64,000 bases of DNA from Cyanidioschyzon merolae (lineage: Eukaryota). The notes under the pieces are model-generated. The model was not told where the DNA came from. It ran no database searches and saw only the letters and a list, made by a program, of their open reading frames with translations. The position numbers and the translations under genes are program-made. Below are positions 11,526-24,600 of the stretch, one piece after another. Numbering within the stretch: the stretch's first letter is position 1; each line of letters begins with the position of its first letter. The stretch lies in NCBI GenBank assembly GCA_000091205.1, contig AP006496.2. The stretch is one strand, 5' to 3'.

Positions 11526-14231
11526 ATGGTGAATATAGTTTGTAGGAGGGGTTTGCTGGGGCAACTTGCTCGGTCTGGAGCAGCACTTTTGCACACGGTA
11601 GACGTGGGGGCCGGATCGTCACGGCGCGTTGCTGTTCGCACTGTGGTTGATTGGAGTCCAGCTGTACAGCAGGCGCGTCTGCCGTTGGAAGCAAACGCTC
11701 AGAGCTCGGTACAAGTTGCAGATGAGCGCCATTTGAGGCTTTTCGACACGTGCCGAAGAACTTGCGAGCGGTGGAGCTCCAGTCAAAGCGGCACGAGCGT
11801 CACTGGTAACGACTTGGCCGGCGTCTCGCTTCGAGTGTTTCCACGAAGGCATCGTGCTGCCAGCACGGCGACGCGCAAGTGTGCCGTGGTAGACGCTGCC
11901 GGCCTCAGAGCGCTGCTGCAGGCGAAACCTAAGCCGCCACTGCTCACCCTGGACTGGACGGAGCGGGTAGCGCGAGGGAGGTCGACGTCAACGCTCGCAG
12001 AGCGCTGGCGTTGCAGCTGGCGGGCGCGACCTCGCATTGAAAAGGCACCCCAGCGATGTCAAAGCACGTCGCCATCACCATCCTCGTCTTCGTCCTCGTC
12101 CTCGTCCTCGTCCTCGTCGTCGTCATCGTCGTCGTCGTCTGCTGCAGGCACAACCGGGGGTTCGTCGCGTCTCTTTACCAATCGATTACGAGGGCGCTCA
12201 CAATACCTAGGAGAGCGACTTCACAGAGCATTGCATAGGGTACGCTCTTGGTTAGCACAGCTTCCAGCACGCACGCTGAAGACCATCGAGTCGTTCGCAA
12301 AGCGGCTCTGGAGAGAGGTCGTGGCCTGCATTCGCCAGCCATCACGCCTTGTCATGCATTATCGTCACGCAAAGCAGACGATAACCGACTTTATTCATCA
12401 TTTCTGGACTGGTACCAAGCTGCTTGCGGCAGATGCTCGCTTGTCCTGGCGCATCATCAAACGCTTGGCGCAAGGCAAACAGCTCACTCGTCGAGAGCGC
12501 AACATTCTGATCGGGACCGGCAGTGATCTAGCGCGTTTGGTTCCATTTTCTTTCTTTATTATTGTTCCTTTTATGGAGTTTGCCCTGCCGTTGGCGTTGA
12601 AACTCTTCCCAAATATGATTCCCTCTCATTTTCAAGACAAGAAAAAGAAGGAAGAGGATATGAAACGCCAGCTCAAGGCGCGTATTGAACTCGCCAAGTA
12701 CTTGCAAGATGTCGTAGAGGCACAGGCGCTGATGATTCGTAACCAAGCTTCAGCCGGTGATGATGTTCGCAAACTGGCGAGTGAGCTTTCCGAGTTTCTG
12801 CAGAAGCTCCGCGAAGGTCATCCAGTGGATAAGTGGGATGTGCTGCGCTTCGCACGGCTTTTCAAGGATGAGATCACGCTTGAGAACGCCACTCGGGAAC
12901 AGCTCGTGGCCATGTGTCGATACATGGGCATTGCTCCGCACGGCAGTGACAGCTTTCTGCGCTATCGTTTACGGGCCAAGCTCGCGTCCATCAAGAACGA
13001 CGACATGCTCATTGCGTGGGAAGGCGGAGTCAAGAGCCTCACCGATGACGAGGTCACACAGGCGTGCCGCGATCGCGGTATCCGAACCGAGGGCCTGCCC
13101 ATTGAGCACCAGCGACAAATGCTTGCCGAATGGATTGAAATGTCGCAGAATCGCGAGATCCCCGGATCGCTCATGATCCTATCACGCGCATTCTTCTACA
13201 CCATGGATCCCGACAAGGCACTGGAGGCGACGCTCACTTCGCTACCGCATGAACTCGTGCAAGGCATGCAGTCCTCGGCTGAGGCGGCGGATGACGCCAT
13301 CGAAGGTGTTGGTACATCTGAAACTGGAGCCGAACACCGGAGTGAATCGGAGCGGCGTCTAGCTGAGGTACGACGCCACGAACGCCTCATGGAGCTTGAG
13401 GAGCAAAACGCTGCGGAGCAGGCAGCAGCAGCAGCAGCAGCAGCTGCTGCTGCTTCAGCGAAGCCAACAACGGATCACGAGTCCGAGGCGGCTGCGGTGA
13501 CGTTGCCAGCTAGCGCCGCTCCCGAGGCAGCTGCGATCGAACGCATACGCGAAGCAGAGCTTGTGCCGCCAAGTCCACGTGAAAGCAGCGTTGCTGCCGC
13601 GTCTGCAGTCGAAACCGAGGCTGTCAAGGCTGGCACCGGGCCCGCCACCTCCTCGGACAAGCTTCTGGACCGGCACCTGGCCGAGCTCAATGTTGCTGAT
13701 CGGAAAGAGGCGGTGGCAATGATCAGCACTGCATTGGAAGAAATGCTGCATCCGATCGTATCAAAAGAGCGGCAGGAAATAGAACAGTTGAAAATGGAGC
13801 TCGCCCAAGCTGTTGCGAACAGCGCCGGACCCAATGCCGCTACGACAGCTGAAATAGAACGCTTGAAGCGCTTCATCGCGCGCCTGGAGGAGGAATGCAC
13901 GCTCGTAGAGCAAAAGGTGGGCGACGCGCTCAAGCTTCTCGACCGGGATAACGACGGCTTCATCTCCGTGAAGGAGATCGCCGATGCGATTGCTGAGCTG
14001 CGCTATGGTCAACCGCTCACTGCGGGCCGAAGTGCAGCGGGCATTCGACCGCCAGGCCTAGAGAGCCGAGTCGACCCCGACTCTGTCGCTGCCGAAGTGC
14101 TCCGCCGGCTTGACCTGGACGCCGATGGTATCATTCAGCCGGACGATATTCGCCGACTGGCAGCTCAGGTTGCTGCGGAGCGACTTGGTCATAGACAAGC
14201 TGCTTCAGCAGCTGCATCGAAGAGCGAATGA
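11526..14231 (+). CDS. LETM1: LETM1-family mitochondrial inner-membrane protein (K+/H+ or Ca2+/H+ exchange) with C-terminal EF-hands
   Basis: 901-aa ORF from ATG 11526 with an Arg-rich N-terminus. The LETM1 core reads LTRRERNILIGTGSDLARLVPFSFFIIVPFMEFALPLALKLFPNMIPSHFQ. Coiled-coil regions follow. EF-hand loops are DRDNDGFISVKEIADAI and DLDADGIIQPDDIRRL. Confidence 0.9.
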   Translation: MVNIVCRRGLLGQLARSGAALLHTVDVGAGSSRRVAVRTVVDWSPAVQQARLPLEANAQSSVQVADERHLRLFDTCRRTCERWSSSQSGTSVTGNDLAGVSLRVFPRRHRAASTATRKCAVVDAAGLRALLQAKPKPPLLTLDWTERVARGRSTSTLAERWRCSWRARPRIEKAPQRCQSTSPSPSSSSSSSSSSSSSSSSSSSSAAGTTGGSSRLFTNRLRGRSQYLGERLHRALHRVRSWLAQLPARTLKTIESFAKRLWREVVACIRQPSRLVMHYRHAKQTITDFIHHFWTGTKLLAADARLSWRIIKRLAQGKQLTRRERNILIGTGSDLARLVPFSFFIIVPFMEFALPLALKLFPNMIPSHFQDKKKKEEDMKRQLKARIELAKYLQDVVEAQALMIRNQASAGDDVRKLASELSEFLQKLREGHPVDKWDVLRFARLFKDEITLENATREQLVAMCRYMGIAPHGSDSFLRYRLRAKLASIKNDDMLIAWEGGVKSLTDDEVTQACRDRGIRTEGLPIEHQRQMLAEWIEMSQNREIPGSLMILSRAFFYTMDPDKALEATLTSLPHELVQGMQSSAEAADDAIEGVGTSETGAEHRSESERRLAEVRRHERLMELEEQNAAEQAAAAAAAAAAASAKPTTDHESEAAAVTLPASAAPEAAAIERIREAELVPPSPRESSVAAASAVETEAVKAGTGPATSSDKLLDRHLAELNVADRKEAVAMISTALEEMLHPIVSKERQEIEQLKMELAQAVANSAGPNAATTAEIERLKRFIARLEEECTLVEQKVGDALKLLDRDNDGFISVKEIADAIAELRYGQPLTAGRSAAGIRPPGLESRVDPDSVAAEVLRRLDLDADGIIQPDDIRRLAAQVAAERLGHRQAASAAASKSE
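12075..12142 (+). repeat. (TCC/TCG)n coding microsatellite (poly-Ser tract in LETM1 N-terminal region)
   Basis: Sequence reads tcctcgtcttcgtcctcgtcctcgtcctcgtcctcgtcgtcgtcatcgtcgtcgtcgtc, translated as a run of more than 20 Ser. Confidence 0.9.
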
Positions 14232-15153
14232 GTAAACGACCACGTTCAAATCTGAGGACGGCTGCTCAACCGCCACTGCGTTCACTCCAGGGCCAGAGTG
14301 CTGCCCATTGTCGCTGGCAGTGTGCTAGAATTCGTCGCGACCAGAGCCGTGCACGCGGCAGCCAACGTTGTGGCTGCTCCAGGACGGCAAGTGTGCGTTC
14401 CGCACTGCGCTGGTTAGCTCGAATCGACCGTCCAAGTGCGTCAACCAGGCGGGTGCAGTTCTGGTGAAGGGTCCTCTGGAGGTGCTCCCAGGCCTCTTCT
14501 CGACGCCTTCCCCCGTTCATGCGTAGCGGCAGTGCACAGCGCCACGCCTGTATCGGTGCTGGTGGCAAGTGTGCACGTCCAGTGCACCGGACGCGCAGGG
14601 CAAACCGACGCTGCGGTGGAGGCGCGTGCTGTGTGCCGCCACGCAAGTGTGCCAGCGATACCCAGGTACCGTATTACATGCAAGTAGGAAGAGCGTTCCT
14701 GCGGGGTGAGGGGAAAAGCACACGACGAGACAATGTGTGCAAGGTGAGCAGTCACTTGGTCTGTCCCAGAGCGGTGATCGCGGCAATGTATCTAGCGCCT
14801 GAAGAAGCGCCTGCGACAAGCACCACTCGCTCCGGATTGCCAGATGGATCGTGCCTCTGCTTATGTTGCGAATCCTGATCAGAGGCTCAATGGATATTGT
14901 AGTGTCTGGAGTGATAGAGCGAGGTATGCAGGCCTCTTTCCCGGTTACCGGGAGCGTTCGGCGGACCTCGATGCATCTGGTTCATTCCGTTGACTGTGCA
15001 TTGCGGGGAACAACGGACGCCTTACGCTGGGCGCACTACCACATACATGGCGGAACGAAATGGAGGAGGTGTCACCTGGCGACCTCGAGTGGGCACACTA
15101 ACTTTTGGGTCTCTCTTTGAAAGGTCATCAACATCAGCGATGACGTGCTCGTA

Positions 15154-15940
15154 CTGTGACTGCATCGTTTTCGACACCCTGATCCTCATTAGACCGGTCT
15201 CTGCTCACTCTCGCAGTCCTTTGACAAAAGTCGCCGGACGTTGTTGGCAGTGTTTGCGTCCCGATTTCAATGTGTTCGGCTATTGTCGACATAATCCACA
15301 TACAGGCGAACGTTGCAAGCTACGCCTCGCTTGCCATTTTCATCTTCGATGCGTAGAGCATCGGTGCACAGGGCGCAGCGATGATTCCTAACGACGATCA
15401 ACTGCTCCCGTTCACCCATCACAAATTCCTCTTCCCGTTCCATGTCTTCTGGAGCATGAACGCTTGTTTCTTCGCTCGGCGCATGCCGCTGACGCCTACG
15501 CAGGGTGCACCTCCGACGCCCATACCTTCGTTTCCGCGCCCGGCGCCGTACCCTACGATTCCAGGCCTCGTCTGGGCAATCCCTCGGGCGGGGACGCTGT
15601 CCGCTAGATGCACAGGCGCACGCTTCTCCACTCGATACGTAATTCGTGGAACGGGGTGTTGTCTGTGGAGAAACACGTGCCACAAGGCGAATCGACGCTG
15701 GGGAACAAGGCGCGGAATTGCGATCTGTCTACGCTCGCCTCGTGCAAGGCGCAGTCGCACGCTGAAACGGAAGCGATCACTGTGATGACTCAACTGCGAA
15801 TCAATGATCAGTCTGATGAAGTTGCTGTGGAATTCTGCTTTGCGAGATGCGTTGACTAGAAGGCGATTTGTCTTTTGAACGGAATCGATAATGTGCTGGG
15901 AAAATCCCAATCAATTTTCGGAATGAGCTTATGAACAGGC
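15154..15940. repeat. Dispersed repeat R, copy 2
   Basis: See copy 1. It is in direct orientation, and the two copies bracket LETM1. Confidence 0.95.
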
Positions 15941-16017
15941 GCCCAAGAGAGAACACCCCATGATTTCGTCATCCAATCGGCGGCGCGCATTGCTGCACCC
16001 AATACTTGCTGTGCGTA

Positions 16018-16245
16018 GGTCGAAAGCTTGACGCATCCGCGATGTGTGCTTGCTGCTTATAAAGAAATGAAACGCGTGGACGCTTTACGTATGATTTACA
16101 TAATGATATCGTCTATTTTGCGACCATTGCCCAAGATTGTCGCGATTGAGAATGATTTCGGTTTTAACGAGTTCCAGGAACAGCGCGTCAATGGAGCCAC
16201 TTCCAAACTTCGACCAAGAATCCTAGAACGACCTGGGAAATGACG
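16018..16245 (+). repeat. Diverged element E, copy 2
   Basis: Aligns with E1 and E3. The ORF 16028..16243 translation (..YIMISSILRPLPKIVAIENDFGFNEF..KLRPRILE) parallels the E3 ORF 29486..29704 (..YWIMISVMLRTLVRDVVIHLDFGVAKHTSS..KSRPRILK). Confidence 0.65.
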
Positions 16246-16702
16246 AGCCGTCGCTGCTGCTCGCTAAGCAACGATGCTGTACATCAGAGGGATACTTTGG
16301 AAATAAGTCTCGAGCCTGGACTAGAGCGTACAGTTCAGTGCCCCATGTTCATCGGACACGGTATAGCGTCGCCAGGAAGACGCGGCTATGCGCCCGTTGC
16401 AACGCAACAGCAGCGATTGCGTTTCGAGGGTGTCGCCGCATCGGCGCTGGGCGGCGGCGGCGGCGGCGTCGACGACACATGCGTGCACTACGCACGGATA
16501 TCCGTGCATGTCGCGGATACGTGTACGAGGACACTTGCGTGCGTGCATGCGTACTTGCGTCTGAAACTGCCACGAGTTTCACTCAACTTTTTATCTTTGG
16601 ACCTGCTAACCAATTTGGAAACGCTTTCAATCCTCACATTCTACGTCCACGCGTGCTGTCTCGGGCGTGATCTGTGACGATCACCGGTGTTTGGAAGGTT
16701 CC

Positions 16703-17773
16703 ATGGAGCGCGACAGCCGCCGTGGTTACGGCCGGGGCGCTTTCTCTCGCGGTGGTAGTTACAGTCGAGGCGCAGGTCGTCGCGGTGGTGGGAATAGTGG
16801 TGCTGGTGGTGGTGGTGGTGGCGGCGGATCTTTTGGTGGACTGGCACCGCGGGGCGGTGGAGGATTCAAGCCCGGTGCGAACGCTCGTCGTGAAGGTGGT
16901 GGTCCAGGCAGGGGACGCGGCGGCGGCGGCGGCGGCGGCGGCGGCAGCTGGCGAGGCGGCGCCAGTCGAGGCCGCGCTAGTCGAGGACGTGGCGGGTCTG
17001 CAGGTCGTGGCGCCCCGGGTCGCTCGTTGAGAGGTGGATCACGGGTTCTTGTTGAGCCGCACCGTCTCCCGGGTGTCTTCATCGTTCGCGGTAAAGAGGA
17101 TGCGCTTTGCACGAGAAACCTGATTCCCGGCGACACGGTTTACGGTGAGAAACGCGTGTCCGTTGAGGCCGTCGATCCGAACACCGACGAAAAGCGCAAG
17201 ATCGAGTACCGAATATGGAACCCGTTCCGGTCCAAGATGGCGGCGGCGATTCTCGGTGGCATTGAGCGCTTCCCCATCGGGCCCGGTACCAAAGTGCTTT
17301 ACCTGGGCGCAGCGAGCGGAACCACCGTATCACATGTTTCGGACATTGTAGGCGCCAGCGGGGTTGTTTACGCAGTCGAATTCTCGCACCGGTCGGGGCG
17401 GGAGCTGGTAGCGCTGGCACAGCGTCGGCCCAATATTGTTCCCATTGTCGAAGATGCCCGCTACCCAGCGAGATACCGCATGCTGGTGCCCATGGTGGAC
17501 ACCATCTTCGCCGATGTCGCGCAACCGGATCAGTCTCGTATCCTAGCCATGAATGCAGCGTACTTTCTTAGAACCGGAGGATACTTTATGATTTCGATCA
17601 AGGCAAGTTGCATTGACAGTACAGCGGCACCCGCCGCCGTCTTCGCGAGCGAGGTAGAAAACCTCCAGAAAGAGCGATTTCGACCGCTTGAGCAGTTGAC
17701 CTTAGAGCCGTACGAACGAGATCATGCGGTGGTCATCGGCACGTACCGCGTACCACCGAAAAGCAAACCGTAA
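16703..17773 (+). CDS. NOP1: Fibrillarin (box C/D snoRNP rRNA 2'-O-methyltransferase)
   Basis: N-terminal Gly/Arg-rich (GAR) domain, then [71 protein letters not shown] and [30 protein letters not shown]. The track ORF starts at a GTG (16667). The first ATG is 16703 ([12 protein letters not shown]). Confidence 0.95.
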   Translation: MERDSRRGYGRGAFSRGGSYSRGAGRRGGGNSGAGGGGGGGGSFGGLAPRGGGGFKPGANARREGGGPGRGRGGGGGGGGGSWRGGASRGRASRGRGGSAGRGAPGRSLRGGSRVLVEPHRLPGVFIVRGKEDALCTRNLIPGDTVYGEKRVSVEAVDPNTDEKRKIEYRIWNPFRSKMAAAILGGIERFPIGPGTKVLYLGAASGTTVSHVSDIVGASGVVYAVEFSHRSGRELVALAQRRPNIVPIVEDARYPARYRMLVPMVDTIFADVAQPDQSRILAMNAAYFLRTGGYFMISIKASCIDSTAAPAAVFASEVENLQKERFRPLEQLTLEPYERDHAVVIGTYRVPPKSKP

Positions 17774-18693
17774 GAGAGCGTGCGTCAACGCGTGCGCTGC
17801 CCTTGGAGCCGAGCGCCCGGATTTCCGCCGCTGCTGGCGGCTTCGAGATACACCAGCGCCCTCATCGAGCGCCACGTGCTTTCGCGTTGGCGTTCGAACT
17901 CGGCACTCCAGCATCAGCGTCTAGGAGAAAGGCACGATCGGGCAAGTTTTCGACCGTTGGGTCAAGGTCGTCGGCGGATTTTACGCATGCTACCAGCCGG
18001 TGAAAGGCAGCGGCCTGATATAGAATTTGCTCAAGCGCGGCGGCAAAAGTCGCCCAAGGAGACTCGCCGGCGCCTGCTGCCGTACCTGCTGCTGTTGGCA
18101 CAGGAACGCATGCCGCGTATCCACAGGCGACCGATCGGTTCACTGAGGCGTGACCACGCCGATATAAGGATGGCATTGCCCGATACCTTGTAGAGGCACA
18201 GGGCGGTGATGGCGCTGCCGCACGGCGTGACGCCCTGGTGGCACCATGCTAGCCTGCCGATTCCAGTTGGTATTCGGTGTAAGGAACGCGACCTGACATG
18301 ATCGCTCGCAGGTTATGTGCACGTGGATGTGGCAATGCCCAGCATTTTCATTGATGATGAGCTTCGCCCGAAAACACCGCCCGAGAAATGGGAGCGTTTC
18401 GCTTCATCGCCGCAGTCCAATACGCAGGATGCGCATGGCGAACAAGGGCGATCCTGGCGCCGTGACGTCTGGCCTCAACTTGGACCGCATACCGGGCAGG
18501 TAGCAGCAGCGCTTATGCGACGAAACGTTCAGACTCCGTGGACTGCATTCAACACCGTGCAGCGCATGCCCTCGCACAGGTTGTCACGCCTGTGTGTTGC
18601 AGTGATCCACGGTACTGCTGCGCTTCGCTGCAAGCATCAACACAATGCGCATACGTAGGCGCTTTTACGCGCAATCGAATAGCGGGCCTCAAC

Positions 18694-21631
18694 CTAGACA
18701 TGGGGTAACCACCATATATACATTCGGGCAAGGTTCCGCGCACTGGTTGCCTCAGCAACCAGACGAGCCACGTCGCCTTCGACGGATAAGGGCGTGCCGC
18801 TCTGAGCGCCGTGCAGTCCGCGGCACTTGCGGTCGACAACGCGGAGCATTTCGAGAGCCTGGGCGTTGCGCTCGCAGCATTGCTGCCGCTGCTGGCGCGG
18901 TGGCATGTCGTTCCCGGGGTGCGCTGCTTTCCCGCGTTTGTCTGCTGGACGTCTGAGGCGCGCCGTATCCGCGGGCTCGCGTGGCAGCCGCATAGCGGCA
19001 GCCGGCCCCGGAAGCAACACCGGTCCACGAGTTGCGCTCGCTTCCATGGCCGCAGCGGTGCGTGCATCGCGAGCCGCAGCCGCCCAGTCGAGAAGCGGAT
19101 CGTGCAAAAACGTTTCAAGGACGCTCAAGAGCGTTTCCCGGTGATTCCGCAGCACAGAAAGCGCGATCTGGGCACTACGATAGAAGACACCCTGGTAGCC
19201 TGCGGTGCCCATGGCATCGATCATATTCGGCGTCAGTCGAAACGGCACCGTCTCCGGCACCTTGAGACGGAGACCCTGATCAAACAGGCAAGCGAAATCC
19301 ACGTGCACACACTCGCCGGACCTGGTATCGAGGAGCACATTCTCGCCGTGCCGATCACCCAAGCCAACCACATAACCAACCATGGACCAGAGCGCGCATG
19401 AACGTGCAAATGCCTGCCGCGCCGCGAACCACGCAGCCGGTGAATGTCTCCGCCCGAAATGAATGCTATAAAAGTGACGGAGCACAGGCGGGAATCGGGG
19501 TAAGAGCCACTCGGTATACCAGCGCACCTGATCTGGTTCGGGACGCGCTTTCGCATGCCGTTCATAGGCCAGACGGATCTCTTCGGTGCTGGAGGTGGCC
19601 GTCTTCTCGTAACCCAGGGCCCGATGCAGCATCGCCACCGCTGCGCGCAACGGCACCAGATGTGGCATCCACTCCAGAATACCACACTCTTCATTCAGTG
19701 GCAGCACAGCGTACGTCCGCAGCACGAGGCGCCGCTGCTGAGCGTCGGCAGTCTTGGCTAACAAACGATTCACCACGTTCAAGAGGTCCATCATTCGAGC
19801 ATCCTTGCGCATGTCGCCGGCATCCTCGCGTTTGCAGAGAAACGGGTACACGTGGCCGTCAGAGGCCAGCAGTCCGATGCGCTTCGGACGCATCAACGAG
19901 TTCATAACCCAGACGGGTTCATCGACATCGACCAGGGTCGGGACGCTCACCGCAAATCCCTCGTGCAGGTCGTCACGAAAGCGTCCACTCGTCGGCAGGA
20001 ACAGACGCAAGTACGCTTGATAGGGCACCGGGATCGCTAGTCCCTGGAGACGCTCTCGCAGCAACCGCCGGAGTGCACGCAAATGCACCGAGGCAGTCAT
20101 CTGCTTTAGACCGCGTGGTGGCACCTGGGTACAGACGCGTGCGAGCTGCGCACAAAGCTCCAACCCGGCATCGAGGAGCGTGCTGAGGCCCAGGTCACCG
20201 CGCTGACGCGCTTGATCCAGTATCGCTCGGGCGGTAGCGGCGCGGTTGGCGTCCAGCGCCCCCGCGAGCGGCACGACGTACCAGACGGCCTGTCCTGGAT
20301 ACGCAACGACACAATCAGCGAGCAGGCTGCATAGTTCAGCGCGAACTGCGGCCGAGTGATGTGCTGTGACCCTTGAGAGCAGCTGCGGCAGCACGACAAA
20401 CCAGATATAGAGCGGAAGACGGGTTCGCAGTCTGCGTACAATAGGCAACAAGTATTCGGCGGCAGAGCGACGAGCGATCGACGGCGAATCACGTGCCTCG
20501 TACGAGTCGATGTCGGGTCTGCTGATGCTGCTGCTGCTGCTGTTGTTGTTGTTGTTGCTATCCAATGCTCTGGTATTCGTGCGAATGGCGCATAGCACTT
20601 TGGATCGCTCGATATGCGACGCTGTATCTGGCGTCATACGCTTATCGCTGCTGCTGCTGTTGCTGCTGCTGTCGTTCGTGTGCTCCTCAAGGACGGGCTC
20701 GCTATCCTCATCGAGCCATAACGTGATGATGCGCGGCAGCGAATGGTAGACGTAACGACATCCGTAACGCAGGGAGCGGGCATAGTGCTCGAGTGCCGAC
20801 TGCCGATACAGCCACTGCTGGCGAGCCTGGATACGGGGTTCAGCATCGCGTTCGGGCGTCAGACTATCGTAGAAACGCCCCAGCAATACGTAAATTTTCT
20901 CGGTCTCTGGTTGTATGGAAAGAGCTCGCTGGAAGCAGTCAATGATCTCCTGAGGTTGTGCAGAGCGATCCTCCTGCATCCACTGGGCCTGCAGGCAGAG
21001 CGCTTTGCTCACGAGCCTTGCAGCCGAGCCACTTGATGAGCGCCAAGTGCCGGTGCTGCTGCTATTGCTGGTGGACGCAGTCTTGCGTCCGAGCTGAAGG
21101 TCAGTTAGCGAGAGCGGTAACTGGGCAAGCGCACGACGTGTTTCACCGCGAGCACGGTAGATTTTGGCCAACTCGATACAGGCCGGGCCTTGGAAAAGCG
21201 ACGCACGCGGAAGCTGTTGCAGGTACGCAATAGCGGCTGCGTGGTGACCCGACTTGCGCGCCAGTCGAGCGAGTCGGAGCGTGACGGCATCGGCAGCTTC
21301 TTGGAAGACAAGTGCGCGCTCCAGGAACTGCTGTGCTGAACGTTCTGGGGTCACGAACGACGCAGGTGGACGCGTTGTTCCGGGGACCAGCACTGCAGGT
21401 TTCGTTGACGCACTCACGAGCCAAGTTTGGTCAGGAAACTGGACGCTCGCTGGCTGACTGCGCCCAGCAGCAAGCACTGTCGCTGGGGCAGGTCGTTCGA
21501 TACCACCACCGCCACCACCGCTGCTGGTGCTGCTGCTGGTGTCGTTGTCGTTCTTTGGCGCTGCCCAGGACGACCCGTTTGCACGTTCGCCACCAGCAAG
21601 CGTCCACGGAACGCGCAAGGATGTGCAAGGC

Positions 21632-21669
<38 letters not shown>

Positions 21670-24600
21670 CTCGTTACGAGCCACCAGGTGACGAGCGCGT
21701 TCTACTTGCACCAATAAAGCTGCCCGCTGGATCGCGAGAATGGGCTCACGTGCTTGCCAGCTCGATGCAACGCATTGGAGACGCGCTTCAAGCCAGTTTG
21801 CAGCGCCCACATCAGCACCACCAGCGAGCCAGTCATGAGCGTAACGCTGAAGCACTGCTTCCAGGTCAGCGTGATCCCCGAGGATGCACTCGACATCCGC
21901 TACCGCATGGAGTTGCACCAACGCCGGATAGGTTCGCGCATATGACTCGAGAGCAGCGGTTGCAACAGTGTCGGATAACCCTGAGCGCGCTCGACGCAGC
22001 GTCTCTGAGAGCTGCGCTCCAGACTCATGGCCCGGTTGTTGTGCCTGGTGCAGCGCTTTGGCGATGTTTGCCAAGGCGGAGCGGGTACCTCGGGCGGCGG
22101 GGTCCTCAACGGACGCACTCAGGGTTTCGAGCGCATCCCAGCGACCAAGCCGCAGTGCTGCCTCAATGCCCAGGTCAGCGACAGCACTGCGCTCTGGATG
22201 TGTCAGAATCGGATGGAGCATCGTTTCCCAGAGGCCGAGCGTCATCAGACTCTGGAGGTAGCCGCGCATTGCAGCGAGGTCTGTGGGAAACGCCCGCAGT
22301 CCCCGCTCATAGCCGATAAGCGCTTCTTCGGTTGCGTGGTATGCTTCGGCATCTAGGGTGAATGACTCCCAGTCCACGAATGCGGATGAAGACGACGGCG
22401 AAGAGAGGCCTTGTTCGTAGCCATTAGCGGCCGTCCCAGGGAGCAGCGATGGCGAGGCGTCCGGGGTGCGCCCGCCCGAAGCCACCACCACCGGTGCTCG
22501 GCGAGTGGTGATCGCTTGCATGGCATCCAGATCACCTAGTTCTCGATAGAGACGCTGCAGGACGCGTCGCTGTGACTCGGAACAAGAACCGGTACACTGG
22601 TCGAGGTACAGTAATGCGCGATGCAGGGCACCGCTCGTGAGTGCTGCACGAGCGAGCAGTGCTGCAGGTAAAGCGCGCTCCAGAGCATTGAAGGGACAGA
22701 TGTGCTCGGGTTGTTGTGCAGCCGCCGCCGCCAAGGCCGCGTACTCGCAGGTGGCTAATGCACATGGATCCAGGCCCCGAACTCGGCTCATCCAGTCGTG
22801 ATCACGCTGTTCCGCCAGACGATCGAGGAGCAGGAACACCAACTGAATCGCCTCCGTCAGGTCGCTGGACAGTACTGCCACCAGATGCGATCGGAGGAAG
22901 GCGCTTATCCTGGTGATCCAGTGCTTTGATCTGTTCGCCTTTGTAGCTGCTGCTGCTGTTGCATGTGTATGGCCTCCGGTAAGCGGCAGTGAATCTGGCG
23001 CTGCAGTCGTCTGGTGCTGTGCAGACGCATCTCGAGGCGCGCTCAATGCAGCTAGTGCTTCAGGTGCGGTTGCGCTTGGCTCGACGTCCAGGTCGGATAT
23101 CGCCAGCTGTGTGTCCATGTTGATGCTATCGAGATCACTAGCGATCTGGAGCATCGTCTGTACGAGGTAGGGTAGCAAGTAGATCGCGGTATGCTGATCG
23201 TGGCCTGTGAGCGTACGGCACGCGCGAAAGAGGCCCCACCAGCACCGGTACTTGCGACTCAGGGTAGCATTTGGGGTAGGGCTACCAGTCGGCGCTATAG
23301 CAGCTGCTGCTTCTGGCTTTTGTTTCGTGCCAGCTGCGGACACCGACTCGGGAACTGCCCCCGTCGAGGATGTAGCGCTTGTTACGCCTGTTGATCCTGT
23401 GCTTGGTATCGCTTCTGGTGCTGCTGGCTCCATGCCGGCTGCAGCGACAGTCGATGCTTCCGGGCCGATTCCGGAATCCATTCGCATGTCGTCGGAATGG
23501 ATGAAGGTTACGTCCACTGCACACATCACTTGATCCAGCACGTCGACAAGATGCACTGCAAAGCCGCAGATCCACTGAGCAGCACTCTTGCCTGGTGCTA
23601 CGGCACAGCGAGCACACGCTGCTCGGGACGTTGCGGGGGATGCGGTGCACTCCATGGAAGCCGGCACCGCGTCACTTGATGCAGCAGCATGTGCTTCGGT
23701 ATTTGTATGCTTGAGGAGCGTTGCTGCTGGCGCACCTGTTTCGACTGTTGTTCCCGATGAGGTGCAGGGCAATAGCGACGCTGCGACGCCCTGATTTTCA
23801 CGACCGATCGTTTCACTGCTCGTTTTCCGCTGTGCGACTGTTCTTAAAATATAGCGGGAGTACAGGAATGGGCGGATAATTTGGCGCGTGTGTTCGGAAA
23901 GAGCTCGCCAGAAGGCACGCTGCTGGATGCGCTCCTCCGTGGACCGTGTTTGTGGACGCTTCGGTGACGACGACGGCGAAGTCGGCAGAGGATGCGCGGT
24001 GCTGGTGATATCGGTGGTATCTTCGAGACTCAGCGCCAATCGCAGGACCTCTTGGATGACAAAACCGATCCGATTCTGCCACTCACGTGCTTGTGCAGAC
24101 TCCACTCGACGCAGTGCCGGGATGAGGCATTGCTCCAGCAGCGTCGGAATGACGACTTGATCGAGTAGGGACTCGCCTTCAGAGCCAGACGACTGCGACA
24201 CGACTGCATGCTGCTGTAACGACGGCAGTGATAGCGGTGGCGGTTGGCGGTGCTCCAGCGAGAGGCGGGCAGGGTCGACCGCCCCCAGGAGCGCCAGCGC
24301 CAGAAGCGCCTCATCGCGACAGTTGGCATCACCGTCGGTGACGGCGAGCAAGAGGCCCTCCTGAAGCAGCTCACTTACGAGCTGGGTACGCTGATGCAAG
24401 ACGATGTCAACGTACAACTGGTTGCGATACTGCCGGAGTACACTGGTGAGCTCTCGCAGAGCCAGCAAGCGTACCAGTCGACTGTGATGTTTTGTGGCGA
24501 TAGGTAAGAGGCGGATCAGCTGCTCTGCGGGTTGGCGCTGTTGCTTGCGCTCGTTCAGCAGCGTACGAATGGCGCCGAGTACTTCGTTTGTACGTGCTGG

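Noticed and set aside
9794-15940. R1...R2 as the LTRs of an intact LTR retrotransposon (likewise B...C at 44168..50962)
   Set aside because: The internal regions are ordinary host genes (LETM1 and RSH) with no gag or pol. I could not identify TG..CA termini, a primer-binding site, a polypurine tract or target-site duplications. The B and C flanks look like internal pol sequence, not LTRs.
16667-16702. Track ORF starts at non-ATG codons (GTG 16667, GTG 29705, TTG 57476, GTG 63312)
   Set aside because: The ORF track allows bacterial-style alternative starts. For a eukaryotic nuclear gene I used the first plausible ATG instead (16703, 29978, 57635, 63255).
21312-22319. 335-aa plus-strand ORF (also 18811..19401, 23207..23533 and others) inside the ATR-type kinase gene
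   Set aside because: These are antisense to a collinear 2941-aa PIKK ORF. Their translations are low complexity with no domain, so they are a GC-bias artefact.
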